Assembly: GCF_001194135.2 (NCBI RefSeq)
Contig: NC_068989.1
Span: forward strand, 17,075,280 to 17,139,279
Direction: 5' to 3'
Origin: Octopus bimaculoides
Lineage: Eukaryota
DNA length: 64,000 nt
Below the pieces are notes generated by a model that did not search any database, was not told the DNA's origin, and was given only the letters and a program-made list of their open reading frames with translations. Each line of letters starts with the position of its first letter. Position 1 is the first letter of the stretch. Positions 1 through 13,746 of this stretch are shown here, piece by piece. The translations under genes and the position numbers were made by a program.

Positions 1-44
<44 letters not shown>

Positions 45-1292
45 CACACGCACACACTCATAATAAATCGTTTTAGACGATACAACTATAAATAGATAGT
101 TGTTGTTGTTGTCGTGTGTGTGTGTGTGTGTGTGAGTGAATATGTACAAGTAAGTATATATGCATATATGCAACTCCATATACGGATTCATTTATATGTA
201 TTTCATATTGCTGTTAAATTAGATCCATTAGAATCTTTTCCTTTTTGTCCGTAGCTTAGGATTAAGACTGAACCAACTGGTTTCTTTATTATTTGATAAT
301 TGATCAGGATCCACCCGTTTCTCCCAAAAGTTCATTGTAATCTGTGATGTGTGTATGGTATATGTTTGCAGATGTTTTGTTTGTTTGCATTTGTCTATAT
401 ATGTCAGCTTATTTGGTCTGGCAATCCCACTTCAAACAATACTAAAAGCAATAGCCGAATGTCAATAAAATCATATTCTATCGTCTTAGATAAAGAAGGA
501 TGCTTTAGACAATATAGCTCTTAATGACAGGATTGTTACGGCAGTTATGACTTTACTCATATGTCCGCTGGATCAGAGAAGACCCAAGTTTAAACAACAA
601 TAACTCAAATCACAAATATATTTTACAGATATATTATAGTCATTATTACTGATGGATTAAATAAATAAATTAACATCATTTGACATATAGATATCTTTAT
701 TTTTAAATAAAAGATCTTTATCATACATTGATTTCACATAAAAATATTATTTCACTGGTACTTACTTTCATCGTCAATGCAACAAAAGCAGAATGAATTA
801 AGGAGATATTGAAAAACAAGTATCGAATTACATATATTTATTCTGTTGACTTCTGATTTATAGAGTGGACAAGGAAATAAGACGTTGTGGCTCATATGAT
901 TTGAAAGATACATTAGCAACCCAACTGAAGTGAAATCACTTCAATTAAGATTAGGAATCAAGATAAGGATTTGGGTCGCCAAGACACAAGCTATCACCAG
1001 TATATTTAACCCAAGACTGAAAGAGAAAATCCCAAATTCGATATTCTTGATAAAATTCTAGAAACAATCTTAAAAAATATTTCAAAGGATCTGATATCTG
1101 GCAAAATTTGAATGTAACGCAGTAAGTTTTTCTATGACCACAGTCTGCGATTCAATTTCGTTAGAGTCATTTTCTGGCCACAATTTATATTTCCTGATGA
1201 AGACTGATATCAGAAATGCTAAGGCGACTTACATTTCCTTTGAAATACTGTTATGTCTCAAGCTACTGCTATCTAGCACCTTCGGATGATCT

Positions 1293-1369
1293 CTACTCAA
1301 CCGCTACACAACTGCTACTCAACCGCTACACAACTGCTACACAACTGCTACACAACTGCTACTCAACTC
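1293..1369 (+). repeat. 11-bp minisatellite (CTACACAACTG / CTACTCAACCG), 7 units
   Basis: Two unit variants, alternating in the first four copies. Confidence 0.85.
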
Positions 1370-1781
1370 TCCTACCACGGCCAGACTACCTCTATTTATA
1401 TGTCTTTGGAGATGCTACTTCTTCGCCTGGGGGCGTCGTCACGACAAATACTATAAGAAAAATATTGCTTTGAGTAGAATGATTATCATTTCTTAATATA
1501 TTTGACTATCACAACATATCTTTGAGTTGTCATTGTCATTGTCATTGTTGTGTGAATAAAATACTCTAAAGATCAACATTACTGACATTACTGTTGCTTT
1601 CAAATGTGCAGCAATTTCTGTAGAAATATTTAGTCTTATCACACTAATGATTGCTTCGATAGTATGGAACAGTGTGATCTTATGCGCAAAGTTCTTCCGA
1701 TGCTTCATGATATGTATTGCTGTTTATGAGGGATGTACTAGCAATGGAAGAGATAGTAAACGAAATAAGAGGTATTCTTAC

Positions 1782-1846
1782 CTCCAACTTCTCGCAGAAG
1801 ACCACAAGACCCAGCAGTGGAGGATTTTCAACGCGTTCAATATAGC
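1782..1846 (-). other. Small exon candidate (65 nt)
   Basis: Acceptor catgttgttcag| and donor GAG|GTAAGA. Two frames are open (GYIERVENPPLLGLVVFCEKLE or AILNALKILHCWVLWSSARSW). Confidence 0.3.
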
Positions 1847-2051
1847 CTGAACAACATGGTTCAGAACAGAACACAGCTTTTCTCATTCTTTTTACACCTT
1901 TCATACAGCACCGCGACTGTAAATATATGCAATAGGTAGACATTTGAAATATGAACACCAATGATATATGAATTTATGAATTTCACATCATTTCACAATT
2001 CATTTATCTGTTTGTCTTATTGTCTGGCAGTCTTTATATATGTATATGTGC

Positions 2052-2097
<46 letters not shown>

Positions 2098-2203
2098 ATN
2101 NNNNNNNNNNNNNNNNNNNNNNNNNNNNNNNNNNNNNNNNNNNNNNNNNNNNNNNNNNNNNNNNNNNNNNNNNNNNNNNNNNNNNNNNNNNNNNNNNNNN
2201 NNN

Positions 2204-2271
<68 letters not shown>

Positions 2272-3240
2272 AGCATAAACATACATAAATTTGAACATAC
2301 CGCGCGTAAGTCATATGATGCAGAAAAATAACAAAAGAAAGTGTACAATTCCATTGCAATTGTAATTTAATAAAACAAAATGCCTTATTACATACCGGTT
2401 TCACTTCTTATGTGAGATAATCATTGGACCATCTACGTGTGAAGTGAAATTGGTAAGTAATAATGTATACTGGAATTTACAATAATATGTTTTGAAATAA
2501 TTTGATTATAACAGCGTATTTTGGAATAATTATATGTTTATTGTATATCTGTTTTCACCTTATATAATACTCATATGCTTGACGTTCGTCTTATATGTTT
2601 AAGCTTCATGATTGTCTCCGTCTTATACAAAAACCAATCTTATGGATATCGTTATCGTATCATCATTCATTTTTATGTGATCGTATTTATTATATGTATA
2701 TTAATTGTATTATTCATCGGTAAGGATCGACGAGACGTAATAAAATAGCTAATAGTTAGATACAAGTAACAATATATATATANNNNNNNNNNNNNNNNNN
2801 NNNNNNNNNNNNNNNNNNNNATATATATAGTCCATGATGTTACTAGTGGATGTGGTAGTAATAGTGCTAGGAAGTTTCACTAGACACTTACCTGATCATC
2901 TGCTGCAGTAATCGTGATCAACAATATAACGAAACATAATATTCTCCAAGACTTCATGTTTCTTGCTTCTCTTCACTCCCTGAATATAAAAATAAAAACA
3001 GAAATATGTTTGAAAGCACACATATACACACGCACACATGCAAACCCACACATTCATACGCATGAACACACACATATACACACACCAATGTGCGTGCGTA
3101 TGTGTGAGCACGCGTGGGTCTGATGACTGTACCAACACACATACATATACACACATATAGAGAAAGAGCCGGTTTCTAACCCAGATCCAAGGCTCCTTTA
3201 TTGGAATTTCAACTTCAATAACAAGGTATTTTTGTATGTA

Positions 3241-4150
3241 TGTATGTATGTCTCTTATATTTTTAAAATTATTATAAATCTTCCACTGAGGAGGGTGCCG
3301 GTTTCCAACAAAGATACAAGGCTCCATCTTTCGGTTGTAGTTAACAAAGACAAATTCACATTTGGAACTTGAGAAAAGTCTTGCATTTTTTCACTGCTCC
3401 ACTCACAGATTGCACTTGTAATGTACGAATTAACCGGTCGGATTTCTCTTTCTGAAAATCCCAGTTTATCCAATTCTCCTTTAAGCATTTACTAACAAAC
3501 CTAGTGCTCCAATTATTATTGGTATGAATATGAACTCATCGTCTGAATATAGAAGCTGGAGGTTTAGAAACAGTTGTCCATAGATATCCTCTTTTTCTTT
3601 GATTTTCGAAGAGATATTTATATGCAGGGCGGCTGACTTCTATGATGGTACATACCTTTGCATGTCTGTCCCTAATAACAATATCCGGCCTGTTAATTTT
3701 TACTTTTGACAGAAGTTTTGATGGGAATATTCCACCAGTATTCCATGAGTTGGTGTTTATGAATGTATTCCATAACAGGGATTTTCTAAGTTTATTTCAG
3801 GACAGTCTTTTTCTGCAGATGTCATTATAAATTTTTTTAGCAACAACATCGTGCCTCGTAGGAAGGGAGTACTGTGTCGACATTTTAGGACAGCTGCTAA
3901 TCACATGCACGATGTCTTCCACGGGAACATGACATAGCCTACACATGCGGTTGCACCTTGGGATTACAAGAGCGTCACTGTCTCTTTTGTTCACCAAGTA
4001 CTTTGTGGCAATCTCCCGTTCCGGGATTGCAAACGCATAGCCTTCAAAGTGTGATGTGATGTAGTGGCCTTGTGTCCAAGGGAAGTTGTGCCGCGTGTCA
4101 TTTCTACTGTCTTCTTCAAGCTTCCGGGCAACATACCCATTCATAGTCAT
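3241..4150 (-). mobile_element. 5'-truncated RLE-type non-LTR retrotransposon (R4/Dong-like), decayed
   Basis: Minus-strand translation shows the CCHC knuckle CRLCHVPVEDIVHVISSC, the RHDVVAKKIY motif, the nuclease motif NRPDIVIRDRHAKVCTIIEVS and C-terminal GELDKLGFSEREI. The 3' UTR ends in (CATA)n. Flanked by 12-bp direct repeats tttttgtatgta (3229-3240, 4151-4162). Confidence 0.85.
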
Positions 4151-4254
4151 TTTTTGTATGTACGTATGTACATTAGTATGTACATTAGTATGTACGTATG
4201 TATGTATGTATGTATGTATGTATGTATGTATGCATGCATGCATGTATGTATGTA

Positions 4255-4440
4255 TGTGTGCAGATGTGTATGTTTTGTATATATTCTCATGCATATAGTT
4301 GCACATCTAGACATGCTCATATATATTTAAATGATAAACTTCTGGAAATGTTTACAGATTTTCACAGTTCCAGTAAAAGATTGGATCTGTAGTCTTCGGT
4401 TTAGCTTTCTCCTTTCTGGTTTTGAGAAGCCTAATTTCTT
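4255..4440 (-). mobile_element. 3' fragment of a second RLE-LINE family; its extreme 3' end is probably 3150-3228
   Basis: Encodes KLGFSKPERRKLNRRLQIQSFTGTVKICKHFQKFII*. The 3' UTR resembles 23250-23521. Confidence 0.6.
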
Positions 4441-4551
4441 ATGTATGTACATGTATGTATGTATGTATGTATGTTTGTCTGTCTGTCTGCCTGTCTGTCT
4501 GTATGTATGTATGTATGTATGCATGTAAGAATGTGTGAATGCATGCATGCA

Positions 4552-4644
<93 letters not shown>

Positions 4645-5079
4645 ACACATATATATATATATGCATATATATACACACACACTCGCACACACCCAGGATG
4701 AAACAAAACCTAGAACAATACTCAGTAGAGTCAACGTCCAAGCAACAGCTGGGAGTGAGATCTCGCTAGTCTTTGCTTAGATATCTCTCTAGAAGGAAAT
4801 TGCGAAATAACACCCGGTCCAATGCAAGATATAATATTAATAATCTCTACTGTCTCTCTCTTTCTATTTCTCTCTCTTTCTATCTCTCTCTCTTTCTATC
4901 TCTCTCTCTTTCTATCTCTCTCTCTCTTTCTATCTCTCTCTATACATATGTTATCTATATATATATGTATGTATGTGTGTGCGCGTATGTGTGTATGTGT
5001 GTATGCGCGTGCGTGTTTGCGAGTTTGTGTACACACATACATGTATGTATAGCCAAAGAGAGAAAGGAAGAGATAGAAT

Positions 5080-5151
<72 letters not shown>

Positions 5152-5853
5152 NNNNNNNNNNNNNNNNNNNNNNNNNNNNNNNNNNNNNNNNNNNNNNNNN
5201 NNNNNNNNNNNNNNNNNNNNNNNNNNNNNNNNNNNNNNNNNNNNNNNNNNNNNNNNNNNNNNNNGGGGGGGGGTAGTGCAACAAAATCAAGAGCTTTAAT
5301 GAGACGAAGTGCAAATTCTGAAGCTTTTCAAGGAGACAGGCCAATATTTCGAAAGACACACAGAGAAATAGACCTTAATATTATTTGTATATCTTATACA
5401 ATTTTATATTCCTTTCTCTAAAGTTGTTTGTATTTATCGATATTTATTTTAGTTTTAAATGAATACACGGAGATGACGGTCCAAATGTGTTAATATATAT
5501 TGTGAGTATCACATCACACTACACACCACCACACCATACACCACCATACCACACAACACCACATCACACCACTACGTACACACTAGCACTGACCGCTTCC
5601 CAGCCCCACACCATCATCCACACACCTATACATACCCACACGCACACGTCAAGGTTAGCAGCCCTCTTCCACACGCACATACATGCTCTCTTATACACAT
5701 TCGCACGCGCACCTTAGTTTTGGGATCACCACTACTTTATTATCTCCCCTTCTTCCTAGCTCTCCTGTGTGACCCCTCTGTCCGGCATTCGCCATGATAG
5801 ATCGCTAGCCACTACACATTCTTTATTTTCTCTCCTTGTTTCTTTCTGTGTTC

Positions 5854-5889
5854 CTTTCTGTGGAAGAGCGTAGGCTCGAAACGTTAAAG
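5854..5889 (+). ncRNA. Minimal type-I hammerhead-ribozyme-like motif (Penelope-like-element type, variant core)
   Basis: CUUU-CUGUGGA-A-GAGC(GUAG)GCUC-GAAA-CGUU-AAAG: 4-bp stem I, 4-bp stem II and palindromic AACGUU in place of stem III. Core position 6 is U rather than A. Activity untested. Confidence 0.5.
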
Positions 5890-6911
5890 ACTTTTTCACT
5901 TCCCGAGCGTTANNNNNNNNNNNNNNNNNNNNNNNNNNNNNNNNNNNNNNNNNNNNNNNNNNNNNNNNNNNNNNNNNNNNNNNNNNNNNNNNNNNNNNNN
6001 NNNNNNNNNNNNNNNNNNNNNNNNNNNNNNNNNNNNNNNNNNNNNNNNNNNNNNNNNNNNNNNNNNNNNNNNNNNNNNNNNNNNNNNNNNNNNNNNNNNN
6101 NNNNNNNNNNNNNNNNNNNNNNNNNNNNNNNNNNNNNNNNNNNNNNNNNNNNNNNNNNNNNNNNNNNNNNNNNNNNNNNNNNNNNNNNNNNNNNNNNNNN
6201 NNNNNNNNNNNNNNNNNNNNNNNNNNNNNNNNNNNNNNNNNNNNNNNNNNNNNNNNNNNNNNNNNNNNNNNNNNNNNNNNNNNNNNNNNNNNNNNNNNNN
6301 NNNNNNNNNNNNNNNNNNNNNNNNNNNNNNNNNNNNNNNNNNNNNNNNNNNNNNNNNNNNNNNNNNNNNNNNNNNNNNNNNNNNNNNNNNNNNNNNNNNN
6401 NNNNNNNNNNNNNNNNNNNNNNNNNNNNNNNNNNNNNNNNNNNNNNNNNNNNNNNNNNNNNNNNNNNNNNNNNNNNNNNNNNNNNNNNNNNNNNNNNNNN
6501 NNNNNNNNNNNNNNNNNNNNNNNNNNNNNNNNNNNNNNNNNNNNNNNNNNNNNNNNNNNNNNNNNNNNNNNNNNNNNNNNNNNNNNNNNNNNNNNNNNNN
6601 NNNNNNNNNNNNNNNNNNNNNNNNNNNNNNNNNNNNNNNNNNNNNNNNNNNNNNNNNNNNNNNNNNNNNNNNNNNNNNNNNNNNNNNNNNNNNNNNNNNN
6701 NNNNNNNNNNNNNNNNNNNNNNNNNNNNNNNNNNNNNNNNNNNNNNNNNNNNNNNNNNNNNNNNNNNNNNNNNNNNNNNNNNNNNNNNNNNNNNNNNNNN
6801 NNNNNNNNNNNNNNNNNNNNNNNNNNNNNNNNNNNNNNNNNNNNNNNNNNNNNNNNNNNNNNNNNNNNNNNNNNNNNNNNNNNNNNNNNNNNNNNNNNNN
6901 NNNNNNNNNNN

Positions 6912-6969
<58 letters not shown>

Positions 6970-7237
6970 GGAGATAGGGAGGGAGAGACAGTCCGAAGAA
7001 AGATAGAGAAAAATCGACTTCGGTACTTTAGTACAGAACTAGTACTTCATTGATTCCAATAGGTAAAAAAAATATAGTCATCATCGGCAGGATTAAAATT
7101 GAAAACGTAGACAGTCGGAGCGAACATCACAGGCTTTAACCACTCGGTGGCCGGTTCACCGTATTAATACCATTAATCCACAAAAGCTACTTCGCAAAAC
7201 GTATGGTTACGGAGTTCTCTTCACGGTCAACAGATTC

Positions 7238-7279
7238 GGTCAGGGCTAGGGTTAGGGTTAGGGTCAGGGCTAGGGTTAG
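7238..7279 (+). repeat. Interstitial telomere-like hexamers (TTAGGG, TCAGGG and CTAGGG variants, 7 units)
   Basis: ggtcagggctagggttagggttagggtcagggctagggttag. Confidence 0.85.
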
Positions 7280-9164
7280 ATTCCACCACTGCATTTGGAC
7301 AGTTTCTTTCACGAGTCGTCTCGAGCTTTGTAAATGAAGTTTAGTTGATGAAACTGTGCGGAAGCCTATCCGTTGGACTTTACGCTGTCACCCAGTTTAA
7401 TACTACCAAGTAGCTCTTGATATTTTTGAGTGCAGTTTGGTGTTTATTGTACGAAATAAATACATCTCAAAACTATCTTTAATTCTTATGTTAGCACCTT
7501 TAAAATTAAATTATTGTCATTATTGATAATGATTGTTTCAAATTTTGGCACGAGATCACTGATTTTAGCGGGAGGGGATAACTCAATAACATAGACTCAG
7601 TAGTTGACTGAGGCGTTATTTTTCGACCCCGAAAGGATGAAAGCAAAATAATGTTTGGCTTGATTTAAGCTCAGAACTTTAAAAACCGGAAGAAATACCA
7701 TTAAGTTTATTTTCTAATGCGTTAATGATTCTGCTAGCTCGATGATGTTTGTGTAAACAACAGAGTATAATATATTTAAAACATGTGAAATAAGGGTGAT
7801 AGACAAAGGGTTAAATCAAAAGAAATTGGTAGAAATGTGGTAATGCGGTTAAATTTGAAACAGGCTATTAGAATAGATGACGGGCAACAAAATATACAAG
7901 ATAAAGCAATAATAATTATAAGCGGATTATGAGGATACCAATCGAAGTGATATATATGTGTGAAATATAGAGTTTGAATCAAAATAGACTTCAGAATTAA
8001 CGTGAAAGATTACGTGAAGCGTAACGCGTTAATAAAAGCGCGCTTGACTAACTAGAAAAAGCTGCCAAATTTCCCTCAACACCTTATGTATCAAACACGA
8101 GAAGGACACATTGGATAACATACCCCAACGCAGTTGTAAAACGACGACATGGTCACAGATGCAAAGCCTGCGATCATAGTTCTGTTCGAACAGGATCGAC
8201 CATAACGAATAGGATTGAACGATAATGACATGAGTTAAAAAATAAACATAGTTGTAGGACATGATTTTAAAGCAAAGGTGTAACTAAAAGAAGATGGTAA
8301 TGTACTGAGGGTACAGTTGATGTTGATATGATTTATCAAAAGTGTGAAAAATGTAAAGGTTGAAGTAAAGGTCGAAAACGCAACAGGTTAACGTCTCGTA
8401 GTGAGATTTTAAATAGGGATAGAAATTTGGAACAGCAGCTTTGGCAGCTAAAATATATATATATATAAAAAGATCTATGAAGATGGGACAATAATTGAAG
8501 GGTAAGGACTAGGCGTGGAAATGGAGGAAAAGCAGAACACATGAATATATAAACAAACAGGGTTTGGGCGTAAAAGTTTGTAAGTCGAACAATGGTTTCT
8601 GATATTGGCCTAAACGTAAACATTTGAGAGGGTGAGAGAGAGATGTCACTCCTGTTTATTTGATCGCCTCAATACAGAGCTGGTATTTATTTAATCGATT
8701 CCTGTTCATAGTTGGTACTTATTTAGTCAATACCCAACGATATACAACTGGTATTTTTTTTGTTTTATCATTACCAGAAATATGAACCCAGAACGTAAAA
8801 GACCGAAACTAAATACGTAAGGATATTTTGTTGGACGTGGTCATATTTTAATTCTTTTTTTCCTTCAATAACAAAGGTACAAAATCATAAATTTGTACTT
8901 TAAAGTACCAGTTAAATACCGGGGTCAATCCTATTGATCCCAGAACTTTACTGGTACTTTATAATATAGATCACAATAAAATGAAAGGCAAAGTTGATCT
9001 CGACGAGAGCCCGAAGAATAATAACAATAATAACAAGAATACTTACTGTGACAGAATATAGGAGAACAATTCCTATGTTGAGGAACAAATGCAATATTAA
9101 GGTGGTGCTGATGATGCTGATGATAATACTACTATTATATTAACAGTAGTAGTAGTAGTAGTAG

Positions 9165-9195
<31 letters not shown>

Positions 9196-10257
9196 GACAA
9201 TCTCAGTACTCGCTAGTGTTATGTTAGGGTTTGGATGCAAAAATGAAACAGTGTGGGAAATACCAGTGATGGAGAGATAGTTGAGTATGTGTGTGTGAAG
9301 CCTCTTGCTCTATGTGCATGAGGCTTCATTATGTAAAAGAGAGCGAGAGAGAGAGAGGAAGAGAGAGAGAGAGAGAGAGAGAAAGCGAGAGAGAGAGAGG
9401 GGAGGGAGAGCGAGAGCGAGAGTTCTCTCTCATCCTGTGTGCGCGCGTGTGTTTGAGATGCGTCGTCGTGTGAGTATTGTAAGGGATTCAGTTTGTATAT
9501 GTGTTTGTACGTATCTGGCTCTGCTACGCCATTTAATCTATCTTTTCATTTCTTCCCATCATTCATTCTCTCTAACTCATCCTCTGGCTATCCCCTTCCT
9601 TTATATCTTTCTCCCTATCTCTGTCCCTGTCTCTCTGAACTCACACTGTACCTCTGTTTGTCTTTTTCCTCTCTAATTCCTTATACCTCTCTCTATATAA
9701 ACTTTTTGTCTCTTCCTCTTTTTTTTTCTCTCACTCACTCACTCTTTCACTCTCCCACTCTATCACTCCTCCTCTCACTGTCACTCCATAGCGTTCTCTC
9801 GCAATGCGTGTATATTTCTCTCTGTCTCTCTTCACATTTAGCTCTTACTCCCATTCTCCCAATCTCTTTTACTCTAACGTACTCTCTCCATTTTCCTCTC
9901 CCAGTTCCCCCCCCCACCTTTTCCCATTTACCTGCCTTCCTTCTCCCCCTCTCTCTTTAAATCGCGTTCCATCTTTTTCTCTCTTTCCCTCTTACTCTTT
10001 TACTCTATCCTTCATTCAAGAAATTATTTAACATCCTTCTTTTCCTCCTACTCTTTTACTTTCCCATTCACTCCCACTCCTGCTTCCTTGTTCTACTTTC
10101 ACTATCACAACCACTTACATCTTTACTCAGTATGGTAACTATTGTGAGTGTGTGTGCATGCGAGGAAATGTGTGAACGTGCGTGCATATGTGTGTATGTG
10201 TGTATGTGCGCGTGCGTGAGTGTGTGTACGTTAATGTGAGTGTGAGTGTGAGTGCAC

Positions 10258-10299
<42 letters not shown>

Positions 10300-10863
10300 G
10301 TGTGTGTGTGTGTTATGTACCTTATGTTCACGTGGTTCTAAATTGTCCTGCATTAGGATTTTAATATTGGTAAAGATGATATTTGTTTAGGGGTTCTTAG
10401 TTTATGTAGGTTTTGTCGCATATCTATATATATAATATGTATGTATATATGTATGTGTGTATGTGTATGTGTGTGTGTGTGTATGTGTGTGTGTGTCTGT
10501 GTGTGTGTGTTTAACACGCTTACAATAATTTTCAGAGTTGAAGCAGACGACAACGCGAGAGAGTACCAGTACAAGAAGTTAAAATCAGTACCAATGAGAG
10601 ACATCTTTCGTAAAATCTTTTGAACTCAACATTTTTTCAATGTTTATATCATTTTCTTCAAGTTTTCTCAGTAAGGACTTAGCATATCGACAGTTTTCCA
10701 TTCTTCTATATATATATATATATATATATAAACTACGGTTTAAACAATAAATTACCTGCCTCTGGATGCCCTCTAACCAAGACGGCACCCGCCTCCGGAT
10801 TTAAACATCCCCTGGTTGCTTGGATGCTTCAGACTACCCCTGAAGGATTGAGGCAAGCCTATC

Positions 10864-10902
<39 letters not shown>

Positions 10903-11489
10903 CCTTCTCCATAACCAGAATCGCTTTGTCCAAGTAAAACGACAAATACATTTCCCAAAAGTCATTCTCTAAAAGTTGTCCTGTCAATTCTGAAGCGCAT
11001 GTTTTGGAATTATATAAAGGATTTCAGAATGGCAAACATGTAAAGTATTGTTCATATTGTTAGTTACATCGACAAAAAACCTGGCATTACAATGTTTTAA
11101 TCGTTTCCCGCTTTCCTCTCCGTCAGACACAAAATTGCTTTAGTTGTACTACCTGAATTCTATGTATCAACCAAAGTTTCAGCTGTCTCACTTGGAATAT
11201 AGGTGTACATCCAAAAATTTCGCCTTGTATCTCCGTCTCAGGAATTTTGCATCGAATTATGTAAGGTATCTCTTAAACAGATTTTCAGTGTGAAATCGTT
11301 ACAATGTTTACCCCTTTAGCTAACTCAGATCTAACCAGTGGTTCAGTTACATTAAAAATTACGGTTTCCTATTTTGATAGCCCTATGCGTAAATTTGATG
11401 AAAATAATTTTGAGACCAAACTTGACGAATGGTGAACTGTCTTGAAGTTATAGACGTTAGAAACCGTATAATAATTATTTCTACTCAAT

Positions 11490-11680
11490 GCATAAGGCCT
11501 TTAAACATTTTTAGGAAAGGGGTCTAGTCGATTACATCGACCCCCAGCGCATAACTGGTGCTTATTTCACCGACCCCGAAAGGATGAAAGGTAAAGTCTA
11601 CCTCAGCGGAATTTGAACTCAGAACGTAACGGCAGACGAAATTTCGCCCGGCGTGTTAACGATTCTACCAGCTCGCCGCC
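11490..11680 (-). mobile_element. SINE family B copy
   Basis: gattacatcgaccccagcgcataactggt...gaatttgaactcagaacgtaacggcagacgaa...ctaccagctcgcc. Confidence 0.85.
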
Positions 11681-12416
11681 TTCAAGAAACTGAATAATAA
11701 TAATAAAAAAAAGAGGTGGCTTCTTTAACCGTACAGCGACAAGAAGCTTCAGTTCAATGACATGTTTTTAATAAAGTATTGTATTACGATGAACTATCAA
11801 CAAAACACTAGCCTTATGCCTTTGCAATTGTAAAATAATCTTTAATATCCGATCAACTTCGTGCGCCACATAGAACTCAGCAAAATAGTGACTGCATTAT
11901 ACTGTTCCTATAAGCTTTATTTTAGACGATGGTAATCATTCTAAAGTTCTTTCGTAAATGTATGCGGTCTGCTAGGAATAGTAAAAATAAATATATAAAA
12001 TCGTAAAACGAATCAATACCAAAGAAATAGCCCAAAACGGACATCATTTACCACACACCGACGGATCCCAAACAATATGTATCATTTAATTCATGTCATC
12101 CAAAACCCATCAGGATAAAAGTCTCTCATAACTTAGCGAAAAGAATTTGTTCAATAGTACCCTAGTATGCGGTGCAACCATTCATGACATAAGATTCTCA
12201 GAACTGAAGGATACGGAATTATTACCATCCTTAATCTATAATGGAATAAAACAAACCAAGAAATGCAGTATCCAGTACCTAAGACAACCAAAACAAAGAT
12301 ATAAGTTGGAATGAAAGGTCTTATATCCATCTACAACCCCGTCTCCAAAACACACACACAAATATACACACATACATGCATACACACGCACACACCCACA
12401 CCCACACTCATACAAG

Positions 12417-12475
<59 letters not shown>

Positions 12476-13746
12476 NNNNNNNNNNNNNNNNNNNNNNNNN
12501 NNNNNNNNNNNNNNNNNNNNNNNNNNNNNNNNNNNNNNNNNNNNNNNNNNNNNNNNNNNNNNNNNNNNNNNNNNNNNNNNNNNNNNNNNNNNNNNNNNNN
12601 NNNNNNNNNNNNNNNNNNNNNNNNNNNNNNNNNNNNNNNNNNNNNNNNNNNNNNNNNNNNNNNNNNNNNNNNNNNNNNNNNNNNNNNNNNNNNNNNNNNN
12701 NNNNNNNNNNNNNNNNNNNNNNNNNNNNNNNNNNNNNNNNNNNNNNNNNNNNNNNNNNNNNNNNNNNNNNNNNNNNNNNNNNNNNNNNNNNNNNNNNNNN
12801 NNNNNNNNNNNNNNNNNNNNNNNNNNNNNNNNNNNNNNNNNNNNNNNNNNNNNNNNNNNNNNNNNNNNNNNNNNNNNNNNNNNNNNNNNNNNNNNNNNNN
12901 NNNNNNNNNNNNNNNNNNNNNNNNNNNNNNNNNNNNNNNNNNNNNNNNNNNNNNNNNNNNNNNNNNNNNNNNNNNNNNNNNNNNNNNNNNNNNNNNNNNN
13001 NNNNNNNNNNNNNNNNNNNNNNNNNNNNNNNNNNNNNNNNNNNNNNNNNNNNNNNNNNNNNNNNNNNNNNNNNNNNNNNNNNNNNNNNNNNNNNNNNNNN
13101 NNNNNNNNNNNNNNNNNNNNNNNNNNNNNNNNNNNNNNNNNNNNNNNNNNNNNNNNNNNNNNNNNNNNNNNNNNNNNNNNNNNNNNNNNNNNNNNNNNNN
13201 NNNNNNNNNNNNNNNNNNNNNNNNNNNNNNNNNNNNNNNNNNNNNNNNNNNNNNNNNNNNNNNNNNNNNNNNNNNNNNNNNNAAATATATATACATACAC
13301 ACGCACCTATATGCGCTGAGGTACATGCATACAGTATAAAATACTGATGCTGGCATAAGTTCCAACGAATTGTTTCTAGGCTGGAAACTGAATGTTTTTC
13401 TATTGGTGCAAAATGTTTTACAACCAAAAAAAATAAAGAAAAAAGAGAAGAAAAACAATACATATATATCAAAAAAAAAAAAAAAAAAAATTAAAAAGAA
13501 ATAGAGTTGAACACATTGAGATCAGTGTAGCAAAGGAATTTTGATGGAACAGTAATCAAATTAAAACACAAGCGACCTGATACTGTTGTTTCGAACCTTA
13601 AATAAATGCAAGAAATGTGGAAGTTAGCTGCCAACTTGACATCAGTGTGGTACAGAAAATATAGAAGAAAGAAGACATCTATGGACTAATAAAGAAGAGA
13701 TTGCAAAGCCAATACATAGATTTTCATTATTATTATAGCGACATAA

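Noticed and set aside
1191-1225. CTGATGAAG...GAAA hammerhead-like words
   Set aside because: Stems I, II and III do not pair convincingly; at most a dead relic.
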